Shown here: in pieces, positions 50,097 through 58,382 of the stretch
Position numbering within the stretch: the stretch's first letter is position 1
Layout of the letters: every line of letters starts with the position of its first letter
NCBI GenBank assembly: GCA_041737355.1
Contig: JBGSRW010000008.1
Span: 24,466-88,465 of the forward strand
Direction of reading: 5' to 3'
DNA length: 64,000 nucleotides
Source: Patescibacteria group bacterium
Lineage (GTDB): Bacteria > Patescibacteriota > Patescibacteriia > XYB2-FULL-38-15
Notes under the pieces: model-generated
The model's input: the letters and a program-made list of their open reading frames with translations, nothing else
What the model was told of the DNA's origin: nothing
Databases searched by the model: none
Translations under genes and position numbers: made by a program

Positions 50097-50432
50097 ATGA
50101 GAGAAGGAATGGGAACGTCTGAACGAGTAAGGGAGCAGATGGGCTTGCCTAAAGACGCCGAAGAAACGGTTAAAATGTTAAGGGAGGCGTTTGAGGGCCC
50201 AGAGTCGAAACGAGAGCAAAGAGTCCAAATTTTGAAAGAACAAATTGACAATTTACTGGAATCGGCTTTTGATACGAATTCCGGTTTGAATGATGGACAG
50301 AGAAATAGTCTCAAAACGACAGCGAAAGAGTTGCAAGATCAGCTGGATGGCGAAGAGCAAAAATGGAATGATCTCAAAAATCAACTTACGGAAATAGGGT
50401 GGTTTGGAGAAGAAGGGCACACTCTTCACTAA
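50097..50432 (+). CDS. hypothetical coiled-coil protein, 111 aa
   Basis: The first in-frame ATG of the 50034-50432 ORF. No family recognised. Confidence 0.45.
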   Translation: MREGMGTSERVREQMGLPKDAEETVKMLREAFEGPESKREQRVQILKEQIDNLLESAFDTNSGLNDGQRNSLKTTAKELQDQLDGEEQKWNDLKNQLTEIGWFGEEGHTLH

Positions 50433-50440
50433 AAGAATTT

Positions 50441-50484
50441 AAAAAAAGAGAGGCGTTTGTCTTACGGGACAGGCGCCTCTTTTG
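50441..50484. terminator. bidirectional intrinsic terminator
   Basis: A7 run, then AGAGGCG (50449-50455) / CGCCTCT (50474-50480), then TTTT. It lies between convergent genes. Confidence 0.7.
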
Positions 50485-50502
50485 TTGCGCTATTTCTACC
50501 TC

Positions 50503-50931
50503 CTAATGTACTTCTTGCCGCAGGAAAATTCGAAGTTTTTCGTCGCACAGGACGAAATGAAGACGTTCTCTTTCACCTTCGGCTGCGATATCGATGCAGT
50601 TGACGGCCTCTTCCCTGAGGTCAGTCCAGAGTTTTTCTTCGTGTCCGGGACTCGGCGTCAGGCCGAGGAAAAACCATTTCCGTTTGATCTCCTTCACTTT
50701 GTCGACGTTGCAGACGATTGTCGTGCCGTCGGCCAGCCAGAGGGTCACGAGAAAACCCTCGAACCAATCGAGCGGAAAGATTTCACCGTCTCGTTCGAGG
50801 CGGACGATGAGTTCTTTGATTGCGCCGCCGGTGCGAACAGAAAACATCAATCTATCGATGAGTTTCCCGCCGATCCATTCGGCTCTCTTTTGAGGGAGGG
50901 TTTTCTGCCCTTTGAAGATATTTCGGCTCAT
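50503..50931 (-). CDS. orphan GC-rich protein, 142 aa
   Basis: On the minus strand, SD AAGGAGGTG precedes the ATG and there are a promoter and a terminator. Third positions are GC-rich in this frame. The antisense ORF 50482-51078 has no such signals. Confidence 0.6.
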   Translation of the reverse strand: MSRNIFKGQKTLPQKRAEWIGGKLIDRLMFSVRTGGAIKELIVRLERDGEIFPLDWFEGFLVTLWLADGTTIVCNVDKVKEIKRKWFFLGLTPSPGHEEKLWTDLREEAVNCIDIAAEGERERLHFVLCDEKLRIFLRQEVH

Positions 50932-51022
50932 CGCACACCTCCTTGCGGTGGGCGCGATGCGTATTTCCTGGCTGAAGATTCCCCCTTGACTTCAGTCAAA
51001 GCCACACGCTTCGCAGCCGTTT

Positions 51023-51051
51023 ACCTTATATTATATCAAAGATTTTGTCAA
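51023..51051 (-). promoter_or_regulatory. promoter of the 50931 gene (minus strand)
   Basis: On the minus strand: TTGACA, a 17-nt spacer, TAAGGT. The -35 context CTTGACAAAATCT is identical to the 3766 promoter. Confidence 0.5.
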
Positions 51052-51086
51052 GAGATGAGGTGCGATTTGCGGAAATAGCTTTATTT

Positions 51087-51095
51087 TGCTATACT
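51087..51095 (+). promoter_or_regulatory. extended -10 promoter (TGCTATACT)
   Basis: A TGnTATACT 33 nt upstream of ATG 51129. Confidence 0.4.
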
Positions 51096-51128
51096 TTTTA
51101 TGAAATATAACTGTAAACTTAAGGCTTT

Positions 51129-51509
51129 ATGACCCTAAGGCAATATTTGATTTTAATGACAATCAGCGCCATTTTTTGCTGGGCTATCTGGATTTTCGTT
51201 CTTTTCACCATCGATCCGACAACAGCCGGGGTTTTGGGCTTTAGCTTCTTCTATCTTAGTTTATTTTTATCGCTCGCCGGGACGATGTCCGTTTTGGGGC
51301 TGATTTTCCGGATGAAATTCGGAAAAGATGAAGCTGTTTTCCGGACGGTGACAACCTCTTTCCGCCAAGCAACAATGCTCAGTCTTTTGCTAATCGGCGG
51401 ATTGTTTTTGAAGAGTAAAAATCTTCTGGCCTGGTGGAATATAATTCTTTTGGTTTTAGCCCTGACTATCCTGGAGATGTTTTTTGTCTCATACCAAAAA
51501 AGGAAATAA
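51129..51509 (+). CDS. small integral membrane protein (4 TM)
   Basis: 126-aa hydrophobic ORF. Confidence 0.6.
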   Translation: MTLRQYLILMTISAIFCWAIWIFVLFTIDPTTAGVLGFSFFYLSLFLSLAGTMSVLGLIFRMKFGKDEAVFRTVTTSFRQATMLSLLLIGGLFLKSKNLLAWWNIILLVLALTILEMFFVSYQKRK

Positions 51510-51529
51510 TTTATTTTAAATAAGTTAAA

Positions 51530-52786
51530 ATGCTACAATCAAAACTTTTTTATAAAACGTCGAAAGAAATTTCTGGGGAAGAAAAAAGCGCGAACGCCCA
51601 GCTTCTGGTTCGGGCCGGGTTTGTTGATAAATTGATGGCCGGAGCCTATACATATCTGCCGCTCGGGCTTAGGGTTTTGGATAAAATAAAAAAAATTATC
51701 CGCGAGGAAATGAACGCTATCGGCGGTCAAGAGATTTTAATGCCGGCGCTTACTCCTAAGGAAAATTGGATGAAGACGGGACGCTGGGAGGGGATCGATG
51801 TTCTCTTCAGATTCAAAGGGGCGGGAGACAAGGAGTATGCCCTGGGTTCAACTCATGAAGAAATAGTTACGCCTCTTGTTAAAAAAATGATAAATTCCTA
51901 CAAAGATTTGCCGGTGGCTGTTTATCAGATTCAGGATAAATTTAGGGACGAGCCGAGAGCTAAATCCGGTTTACTTCGCGGGCGGGAATTCTCCATGAAA
52001 GATCTTTACAGTTTCCATTCCGACGAGGCCGATCTCGATGTTTATTACGAAAAAGTAAAAGAATCATATCTCAGAATTTTTAAACGCTGCAATCTTGACG
52101 CCATCGTTACCGAGGCTTCGGGAGGAACTTTTTCAAAATATTCTCACGAGTTCCAGATTTTGACGGAAAGCGGTGAAGATATTATTTTTTATTGTAAAAA
52201 ATGCTTCTACGCCCAAAACAGGGAAGTCGCCGAGTACAAAAAAGGAGACAATTGTCCGAAATGTGGCGGTGAAATGGATGAGGGCAAGGCTATAGAAATA
52301 GGAAATATTTTTAAATTGAAAACAAAATTTTCCGAAGCCTTTGATTTGAATTTTTTGGATAAAGAAGGTAAAAAAAGGTTGGCAATCATGGGTTGTTATG
52401 GCATAGGGCCGAGCCGGGTGATGGGCAGTATTGTGGAGGTTTCACATGACGACAGGGGAATTATTTGGCCGGAAGAGATAGCCCCTTTTGACGTTCACCT
52501 CATTGCCCTTTATGGCAAAAATGAGAAAAGCAACGGGGAGATAAGAAAGCAGGCAGAAAGACTTTTTGAGTCTTTACAAAAAGAGGGTTTTGACGTATTA
52601 TATGATGATCGCGAAGAAGTAAGCGCCGGGGTAAAATTCGGCGAAGCCGACCTTTTCGGCATTCCGTTGAGGCTTGTAATAAGCGAAAAAACCTTGTCCG
52701 CGGAAAGCGTTGAACTGAAGAAAAGATCCGGTCTTGAGCCGGAAATAGTAAAGCTAAGTCAGATTATAAAGAAAATAAAAAAATAA
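51530..52786 (+). CDS. proS: prolyl-tRNA synthetase, short form lacking the INS editing domain
   Basis: It has class II motifs (REFSMKDLYSF, GCYGIGPSRV) and an anticodon-binding domain. A CxxC...CxxC mini-insert sits where INS would be. Confidence 0.85.
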   Translation: MLQSKLFYKTSKEISGEEKSANAQLLVRAGFVDKLMAGAYTYLPLGLRVLDKIKKIIREEMNAIGGQEILMPALTPKENWMKTGRWEGIDVLFRFKGAGDKEYALGSTHEEIVTPLVKKMINSYKDLPVAVYQIQDKFRDEPRAKSGLLRGREFSMKDLYSFHSDEADLDVYYEKVKESYLRIFKRCNLDAIVTEASGGTFSKYSHEFQILTESGEDIIFYCKKCFYAQNREVAEYKKGDNCPKCGGEMDEGKAIEIGNIFKLKTKFSEAFDLNFLDKEGKKRLAIMGCYGIGPSRVMGSIVEVSHDDRGIIWPEEIAPFDVHLIALYGKNEKSNGEIRKQAERLFESLQKEGFDVLYDDREEVSAGVKFGEADLFGIPLRLVISEKTLSAESVELKKRSGLEPEIVKLSQIIKKIKK

Positions 52787-52787
52787 C

Positions 52788-53843
52788 ATGTTTAACAAGC
52801 TGCTGGGCCGGTTTTCCCGCGATTTAGGGATAGATCTCGGTACGGCCAATACAAAGGTATATGTTAAAGACAAGGGTATCGTCATCAACGAACCCTCGGT
52901 TGTCGCGGTGAATACCCGGACCGGACAGATTTTGGCGATAGGCGAAGACGCAAAGAAAATGTTGGGAAAAACTCCTCCCCATATTGTCGCTTCGCGTCCG
53001 ATTGTTGATGGTATTATTTCCGATTTTGAAGTAACGGAAAAAATGCTCAAATATTTTATAGACAAAGTTCATCAGGATGGATTTACAATTTTGCCGCGTC
53101 CTCGGGTGGCGATCGGCATACCGCTTGACATTACCGAAGTTGAGAGAAAAGCGGTTGAAGATGCGGCTCTTTCCGCCGGCGCCCGTGAAGTTTTTCTGAT
53201 TGAAAAATCAATGGCCTCGGCAATCGGCGCAAGGTTACCAATAGCCGATGCCATAGGCAATATTATTATTGATATTGGGGAGGGAACTACGGAAATAGCG
53301 ATTATAGCTCTTTCGGGAGTTGTTACCTGGAAAACCTTGAGAATCGCCGGCGAGGAAATGAACAAAAATATTATTCAATATGGCCGGGACGTTTTTAGCC
53401 TGCTTCTGGGGGAGAAGATGGCCGAAGAAATTAAAATTAAAATTGGTTCAGCTTCGGAGCTCAAGGAACCAATGGCGACGGAAATGCGCGGAAGAGATCT
53501 GATAACCGGTTTACCGAAATCAGTAACCGTGAACGATCATCAAATTAGGGATGCTCTCGGTCGGTCGACCAAGCAAATTATTGATGGAATCAAAGCGACC
53601 CTGGAAGTAACTCCGCCTGAACTTTTAGCCGATATTTTTGAAAGAGGTATGGTTCTGACCGGCGGAGGAGCTTTGCTTCGCGGAATTGACCAGGCCATCA
53701 CCCGGGCAACCGGTATCCCGGTCAGGATTGCCGACGATCCGGTAACTTGTACCGTGCGGGGGACCGGTCTACTTTTAGAAAATTTGCCCCTGTTGCAAGA
53801 GATCGCCATCCCTTCAACCCAAGAAGAGGGAAAGAGAAGGTAG
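52788..53843 (+). CDS. mreB: rod-shape protein MreB
   Basis: DLGIDLGTANTKVYVKDKGIVINEPSVVA..., DIGEGTTEIA and VLTGGGALLRGID. Confidence 0.95.
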   Translation: MFNKLLGRFSRDLGIDLGTANTKVYVKDKGIVINEPSVVAVNTRTGQILAIGEDAKKMLGKTPPHIVASRPIVDGIISDFEVTEKMLKYFIDKVHQDGFTILPRPRVAIGIPLDITEVERKAVEDAALSAGAREVFLIEKSMASAIGARLPIADAIGNIIIDIGEGTTEIAIIALSGVVTWKTLRIAGEEMNKNIIQYGRDVFSLLLGEKMAEEIKIKIGSASELKEPMATEMRGRDLITGLPKSVTVNDHQIRDALGRSTKQIIDGIKATLEVTPPELLADIFERGMVLTGGGALLRGIDQAITRATGIPVRIADDPVTCTVRGTGLLLENLPLLQEIAIPSTQEEGKRR

Positions 53844-53912
53844 TTTTACATATTTAATTTTTTTACGCAGTTGTCTAATATCTTTGATTATTAGGTTTTT
53901 TTATTTATAAGT

Positions 53913-54707
53913 ATGCGGTGGAAAATTCCAAAATCTGGTTTAATCGTCTTGCTTTTTTTAGTGAGTATTTTAATTCTGTATTACAGCGGAATACTTGTTC
54001 CCGCAGAGAATTTGGCGATAAAAATATTGAGCCCCGTGGGTGGTATTTTTTACCGTTTTGGACAAAAAGTGGAGTCTTTATGGACGCCTCGTATTTCGGA
54101 AGAAGATTACGCCAAGCTTGAATCGGAGAGAAACAAACTTACGGCAAAAAATGTAGAACTGCAATTTCTAAGCCAAGAGAACGAAGAATTGAGAAAAGCT
54201 CTGGCTTTTTCCAAGGAAAACCAAAATAAATTCCTTATAGCCGATATAATCGGGAGGGATCCTCTCTCTGCGGGTTATTTTGTTCTGAATATAGGTCGGG
54301 ACAACGGAGTGCTGGAAAATTATCCAGTTGTTTCGCCGGAGGGAATATTGGTCGGTAAGATTGTCAAGGCCGAAGCGTCCGTTTCCGTTTTTTTGGTTCC
54401 TACGGATATGAATTTTCAAACCGCCGCCACGATTCTCGGCAAATCAAAAAGGGGAACCTCTGGGCTGGTTAAGGGGGAAAAGGGGTTGGGTATAAGCATG
54501 GAGTTTATTCCTCAGGATGAATCAGTAGAAAAGGGAGACATTGTCGCTACCTCAGGCATAGAGCTTAACATGCCGAAAGGGCTTGTTATTGGGCAAGTCG
54601 CCGACGTCCAGAAAGAGGCCAGAGATATTTTTGGCAGAGCAACGATTAGCCCGATGCTTACTTACAATAATCTGAGCATTGTGATGGTTATAGTTCCGCA
54701 GCAATAA
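53913..54707 (+). CDS. mreC: rod-shape protein MreC
   Basis: An N-terminal TM, a coiled-coil and a beta-barrel domain pattern. It sits after mreB. Confidence 0.8.
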   Translation: MRWKIPKSGLIVLLFLVSILILYYSGILVPAENLAIKILSPVGGIFYRFGQKVESLWTPRISEEDYAKLESERNKLTAKNVELQFLSQENEELRKALAFSKENQNKFLIADIIGRDPLSAGYFVLNIGRDNGVLENYPVVSPEGILVGKIVKAEASVSVFLVPTDMNFQTAATILGKSKRGTSGLVKGEKGLGISMEFIPQDESVEKGDIVATSGIELNMPKGLVIGQVADVQKEARDIFGRATISPMLTYNNLSIVMVIVPQQ

Positions 54708-54716
54708 TATTTTTTT

Positions 54717-55265
54717 ATGCCAAGAATGGAAAGATTAGAACATTTTTTAAGAATTTTGTGGAACGCCCTTGGCGTTATTTTTTTTGGGATAATGCAGGCG
54801 GGGTTTTTGCAAGCCTTGCCTTGGCCGTTCGACTATTTGAATATAGTTTTTCTAGCGGGTGTTTTTATAACTTTTGCCATAGGATATAGCCAAGGTTTAT
54901 GGTTCGCCTTTTTTTGCGGTCTAGCTATGGATTTTTTTTCCTATCTGCCTTTCGGTACAATGACGCTGTTACAGGTACTCTCGGTTATCGCCATCAATTT
55001 TATGTTCATTAATTTTTTTACGAACCGTTCGTTGTACTCTTTGATTTTTCTTGGTTTTTTGGGAAATATAATCTATATAATCGGTTTGCTGACGTTTAAC
55101 TTTATTTTTTTCGTTTTGAATTTGAATAACAATTTGGATAAATTTTTACTATGGCCAAATTTGGCGGGACTGATGTGGCAAATTTTATTCAGCGTTATTG
55201 TTTTGGGAATATCCTTTTTCGTTTTTAGTTTTTTTGGTAAAAAAATAAAAAAAATCTTCTACTAA
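54717..55265 (+). CDS. mreD: rod-shape protein MreD
   Basis: Polytopic 182-aa protein following mreC. Confidence 0.7.
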   Translation: MPRMERLEHFLRILWNALGVIFFGIMQAGFLQALPWPFDYLNIVFLAGVFITFAIGYSQGLWFAFFCGLAMDFFSYLPFGTMTLLQVLSVIAINFMFINFFTNRSLYSLIFLGFLGNIIYIIGLLTFNFIFFVLNLNNNLDKFLLWPNLAGLMWQILFSVIVLGISFFVFSFFGKKIKKIFY

Positions 55266-55281
55266 AATATCACTGGGGAAT

Positions 55282-57261
55282 ATGGATATATTTAAGAAAA
55301 AAAATATAAAAAATTACGGAGACCCGTTCGTGATACAGGATGTTTCCGGAAACGGTTTGCGTCTCGGGGACGACAGAAATTTGGATTGGGTTGAGGACAA
55401 TATGGAATTTGGCAGCGCCGAAAAGGAAACGGGGGGAGGAATCGAGGGGCGCCAAACCAAGGAGTTTTTAGGTTTAGCCCTGAGTGCTAAACGACTGATG
55501 TTTTTTCTACTTTTTATAATTGGAGTGCTCGCAATTTTATTGGGCAAGGCGGCCTACCTGCAGATTGTCAGAGGGGGATATTATAAGGATATTGCCGAAG
55601 GAAACAGGATCAGAACAATACCAATCGGCGCTGAACGAGGTATTATTTATGATAAAAATATGAAGCCGCTCGTTTATAACGTTCCGACTTTTTCGTTATA
55701 TCTGATTCCCAGTGATTTTCCTAAAAAGGAAACCGATCGTCTATCGGCGGTTGGCCGTTTGGCTGAAGTAATAAAAATCGATCCAGTGGAAATTGAAAAA
55801 GTTTTGTCGGAAGCTTCCCCGTACTCGTACGCCCCGGTTTTACTCAGAGAAAATATCGATTACGAAGAAGCAATCAGACTTAAAATTGAAAGTTCGCTCT
55901 TGTCCGGCGTCGATCTGAAACTCGAAAGCAGGCGTGAATATCTGAAGGGTGACAACGACAGTGTCAAAAGTTTATCCCATATTCTTGGCTATGTCGGAAA
56001 AATTAGTGACAAGGAACTCGAAGAACGGAAAGATTATAGTTCGACTGATTCCGTAGGCAAAACCGGCCTGGAACTATTTTATGAAGATTTATTGAGAGGA
56101 AAAATTGGTAAAAAACAGATAGAAGTCGACGCCCTCGGAAAGGAAAAGAGTGTTATTGCCAAAGAAGATCCAGTTGCCGGAAAAAATATAATTTTGACAA
56201 TCGACGCTGATTTGCAGAAAAAGACCGAAGAAATTTTGGTCCGCCATCTCGTGAGCTGGAAGAAAACGCGCGGAGCCATGATTGTTATGAATCCGCAGAA
56301 CGGAAAAATTCTATCCATGGTCAGTTTGCCGGCGTTTGATAATAATCTTTTCGCCAGAGGCATTTCTTTGAAAGATTATGAGTCCCTGATAAACAATCCG
56401 GACAATCCTTTGTTCAACAGAGCGGTAATGGGTGAATATCCATCCGGCTCAACCATAAAACCGGTAATCGCTTCCGCCGCCCTAGAAGAGGGAATTATAA
56501 AAAAAAGCACCTCATTTTTGAGCACTGGCGGCCTTCGGGTTTCTAGCTGGTTTTTCCCGGACTGGAAGGCCGGGGGGCACAGTTGGACAAATGTTACCCG
56601 GGCTATTGCCGAATCAGTTAATACTTTTTTCTACATCATTGGTGGCGGTTATGAGGATTTTCAGGGTCTTGGCGTGGAAAAAATCGTTGAATACGCCAGA
56701 CTGTTCGGTTTCGGCGGAAAGTTGGGAATAGACTTACCAAGCGAAGCGGAAGGTTTTTTGCCGAGCAAGGAATGGAAAGAAAAAACAAAGGGTGAGCAAT
56801 GGTATATCGGCGATACTTACCATTTAGCCATCGGCCAGGGAGATCTTACTGTTACCCCTCTTCAAATTTGTGCTGCCACGGCGGTTTTTGCAAACGAAGG
56901 AACTCTCCATGAGCCTCATTTTTTTGACGCGGTTGAATTGGCGGATGTTCCGGAAAAAGATTATTCGATCAGAAAAGATTTTATCAAAAAAGATAATATC
57001 GATATCGTGCGGGCGGGGATGCGTCAGACGGTTGTTTCGGGAAGCGCCCAGAAATTGCTTGATTTGCCGGTTACTTCCGCCGCAAAAACCGGTACGGCCC
57101 AGTGGCAGACGGATAAGCCGCCTCATGCCTGGTTTACCGCTTTTGCCCCCTTTGAAAACCCCGAAGTTGTAGTTACGGTCCTGGTTGAGGAGGGGGAAGA
57201 GGGGAGCCGCGTGTCGCTTGATGTGGCCCATGAATTTTTACAATGGTATTTCAGCCGGTGA
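55282..57261 (+). CDS. mrdA: penicillin-binding protein 2 (class B transpeptidase)
   Basis: SxxK (STIKP), SxN (SVN) and KTG (AKTGTA) motifs are present, and it sits after mreBCD. Confidence 0.9.
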   Translation: MDIFKKKNIKNYGDPFVIQDVSGNGLRLGDDRNLDWVEDNMEFGSAEKETGGGIEGRQTKEFLGLALSAKRLMFFLLFIIGVLAILLGKAAYLQIVRGGYYKDIAEGNRIRTIPIGAERGIIYDKNMKPLVYNVPTFSLYLIPSDFPKKETDRLSAVGRLAEVIKIDPVEIEKVLSEASPYSYAPVLLRENIDYEEAIRLKIESSLLSGVDLKLESRREYLKGDNDSVKSLSHILGYVGKISDKELEERKDYSSTDSVGKTGLELFYEDLLRGKIGKKQIEVDALGKEKSVIAKEDPVAGKNIILTIDADLQKKTEEILVRHLVSWKKTRGAMIVMNPQNGKILSMVSLPAFDNNLFARGISLKDYESLINNPDNPLFNRAVMGEYPSGSTIKPVIASAALEEGIIKKSTSFLSTGGLRVSSWFFPDWKAGGHSWTNVTRAIAESVNTFFYIIGGGYEDFQGLGVEKIVEYARLFGFGGKLGIDLPSEAEGFLPSKEWKEKTKGEQWYIGDTYHLAIGQGDLTVTPLQICAATAVFANEGTLHEPHFFDAVELADVPEKDYSIRKDFIKKDNIDIVRAGMRQTVVSGSAQKLLDLPVTSAAKTGTAQWQTDKPPHAWFTAFAPFENPEVVVTVLVEEGEEGSRVSLDVAHEFLQWYFSR

Positions 57262-57346
57262 AACGCTTGCCTAGATTTTTTAAATAGTTTATACTTACCA
57301 ATATTAAAACCTAAGGGGGTCCCTTTTTCGGGATTAAAAGCAAACT

Positions 57347-57811
57347 ATGCAAGATCAAAAAATGTACGTTTCTAAGGAAGGTTTGGAAAAGTTTAAACAG
57401 GAACTGAGCGAATTAATAAATGTTAAGCGCGGAGAAATTATTGAACGTATTGAGAGAGCCAAAGAATTAGGAGATCTTTCGGAAAACGCCGAATATTCGG
57501 CGGCCAAAGACGAGCAGGCTTTCACAGAGGGAAGAATCATCGAGTTGCAGGAAATGGTTTCCAAAGCGGAAATTATCAACGGTGGTGGCAGGATAGACAA
57601 TGTCCACGTCGGTTCAAAAGTAAAAGTGAAAAGCGACGGAACCGAAGCGGAGTATGAAATTGTCGGCGTTGCTGAAGCGGACCCACTGACCGGAAAAATT
57701 TCCAACGAATCTCCCCTCGGCCGGGCATTCCTTGGCCGTAAGGTAGGGGACAAAGTGCAGATTCAGATTCCCAAGGGAATGGTTGTTTATACGATTTTAG
57801 AAATAAAATAA
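57347..57811 (+). CDS. greA: transcription elongation factor GreA
   Basis: ELGDLSENAEYSAAKDEQAFTEGRIIELQ...; 154 aa. Confidence 0.9.
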   Translation: MQDQKMYVSKEGLEKFKQELSELINVKRGEIIERIERAKELGDLSENAEYSAAKDEQAFTEGRIIELQEMVSKAEIINGGGRIDNVHVGSKVKVKSDGTEAEYEIVGVAEADPLTGKISNESPLGRAFLGRKVGDKVQIQIPKGMVVYTILEIK

Positions 57812-57827
57812 GAGTAACGAATAATTT

Positions 57828-57852
57828 GCCAGGCCGTAAGGCCTGGCTTTTG
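57828..57852 (+). terminator. intrinsic terminator after greA
   Basis: GCCAGGCC, loop GTAA, GGCCTGGC, then TTTT. Confidence 0.85.
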
Positions 57853-57858
57853 TTATAC

Positions 57859-57887
57859 TTGACAAAAAGGCGTAAATGTTTTAAGTT
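57859..57887 (+). promoter_or_regulatory. promoter of a GC-rich orphan gene
   Basis: TTGACA (57859-57864, in the context CTTGACAAAA), a 17-nt spacer, TAAGTT. Confidence 0.45.
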
Positions 57888-57930
57888 ATAAAATCCTCAA
57901 TTTCGAGGAAAAGAAGTAGGAAGGGAAAAG

Positions 57931-58257
57931 ATGGGACCGGAAATTGCGATCCAGTTGGCCTTGCGCCAGAAGCTGGCAGCTTTCGGCATCAGGAACCACG
58001 TCGAGCCGGAGGTGATTCCGAACGCTTTGAATGCGGTTCGACTTCTGGGTCACAGCCAGATTCTTGTCTTGGGTAGCTGTAGCGCGTCTTCTCCATGGTC
58101 AAAGACCACGGATGAGCCGATCGTGGCTCTGACTTGCAGGATGATCACGGACATGCAGCTCAAGGGAGAGAGGATCGAAATCACAACCACGCCCGACACG
58201 TCCGAGGAACGCGAGAAGACTGGCTTCCGCCGGATCGACCTGCGCCTCAAGAAGTAG
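57931..58257 (+). CDS. orphan GC-rich protein, 108 aa
   Basis: An SD-like AGGAAGGG precedes the ATG. Third positions are GC-rich. It lies between greA and lysS and has its own promoter. Confidence 0.55.
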   Translation: MGPEIAIQLALRQKLAAFGIRNHVEPEVIPNALNAVRLLGHSQILVLGSCSASSPWSKTTDEPIVALTCRMITDMQLKGERIEITTTPDTSEEREKTGFRRIDLRLKK

Positions 58258-58319
58258 ACGGCCCGCGCGCCGCTTTCCCGGAAACCCGACACAGACCACA
58301 AATCGGTGTCTTTTTTATT

Positions 58320-58348
58320 TTGACATTAATTTATTTTTAAGTTAAAAT
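58320..58348 (+). promoter_or_regulatory. lysS promoter
   Basis: TTGACA (58320-58325), a 17-nt spacer, TAAAAT (58343-58348). Confidence 0.6.
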
Positions 58349-58382
58349 TAAGGCAACAAATTACTTTAAAACCAAATAAAAT

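Noticed and set aside
50482-51078. Plus-strand 198-aa ORF overlapping the minus-strand orphan gene.
   Set aside because: It starts with a non-ATG codon inside the terminator hairpin and has no SD or promoter. The minus-strand frame has a promoter, SD, ATG, GC-rich third positions and a terminator.
3766-58320. GC-rich islands as assembly chimeras or contaminating reads from a high-GC organism.
   Set aside because: Each island is embedded between native-style AT-rich promoters and terminators, with seamless junctions inside short intergenic regions. Several share promoter sequence with each other. Chimeric joins would not create such organised boundaries seven times. This still needs read-level confirmation, which I cannot perform.
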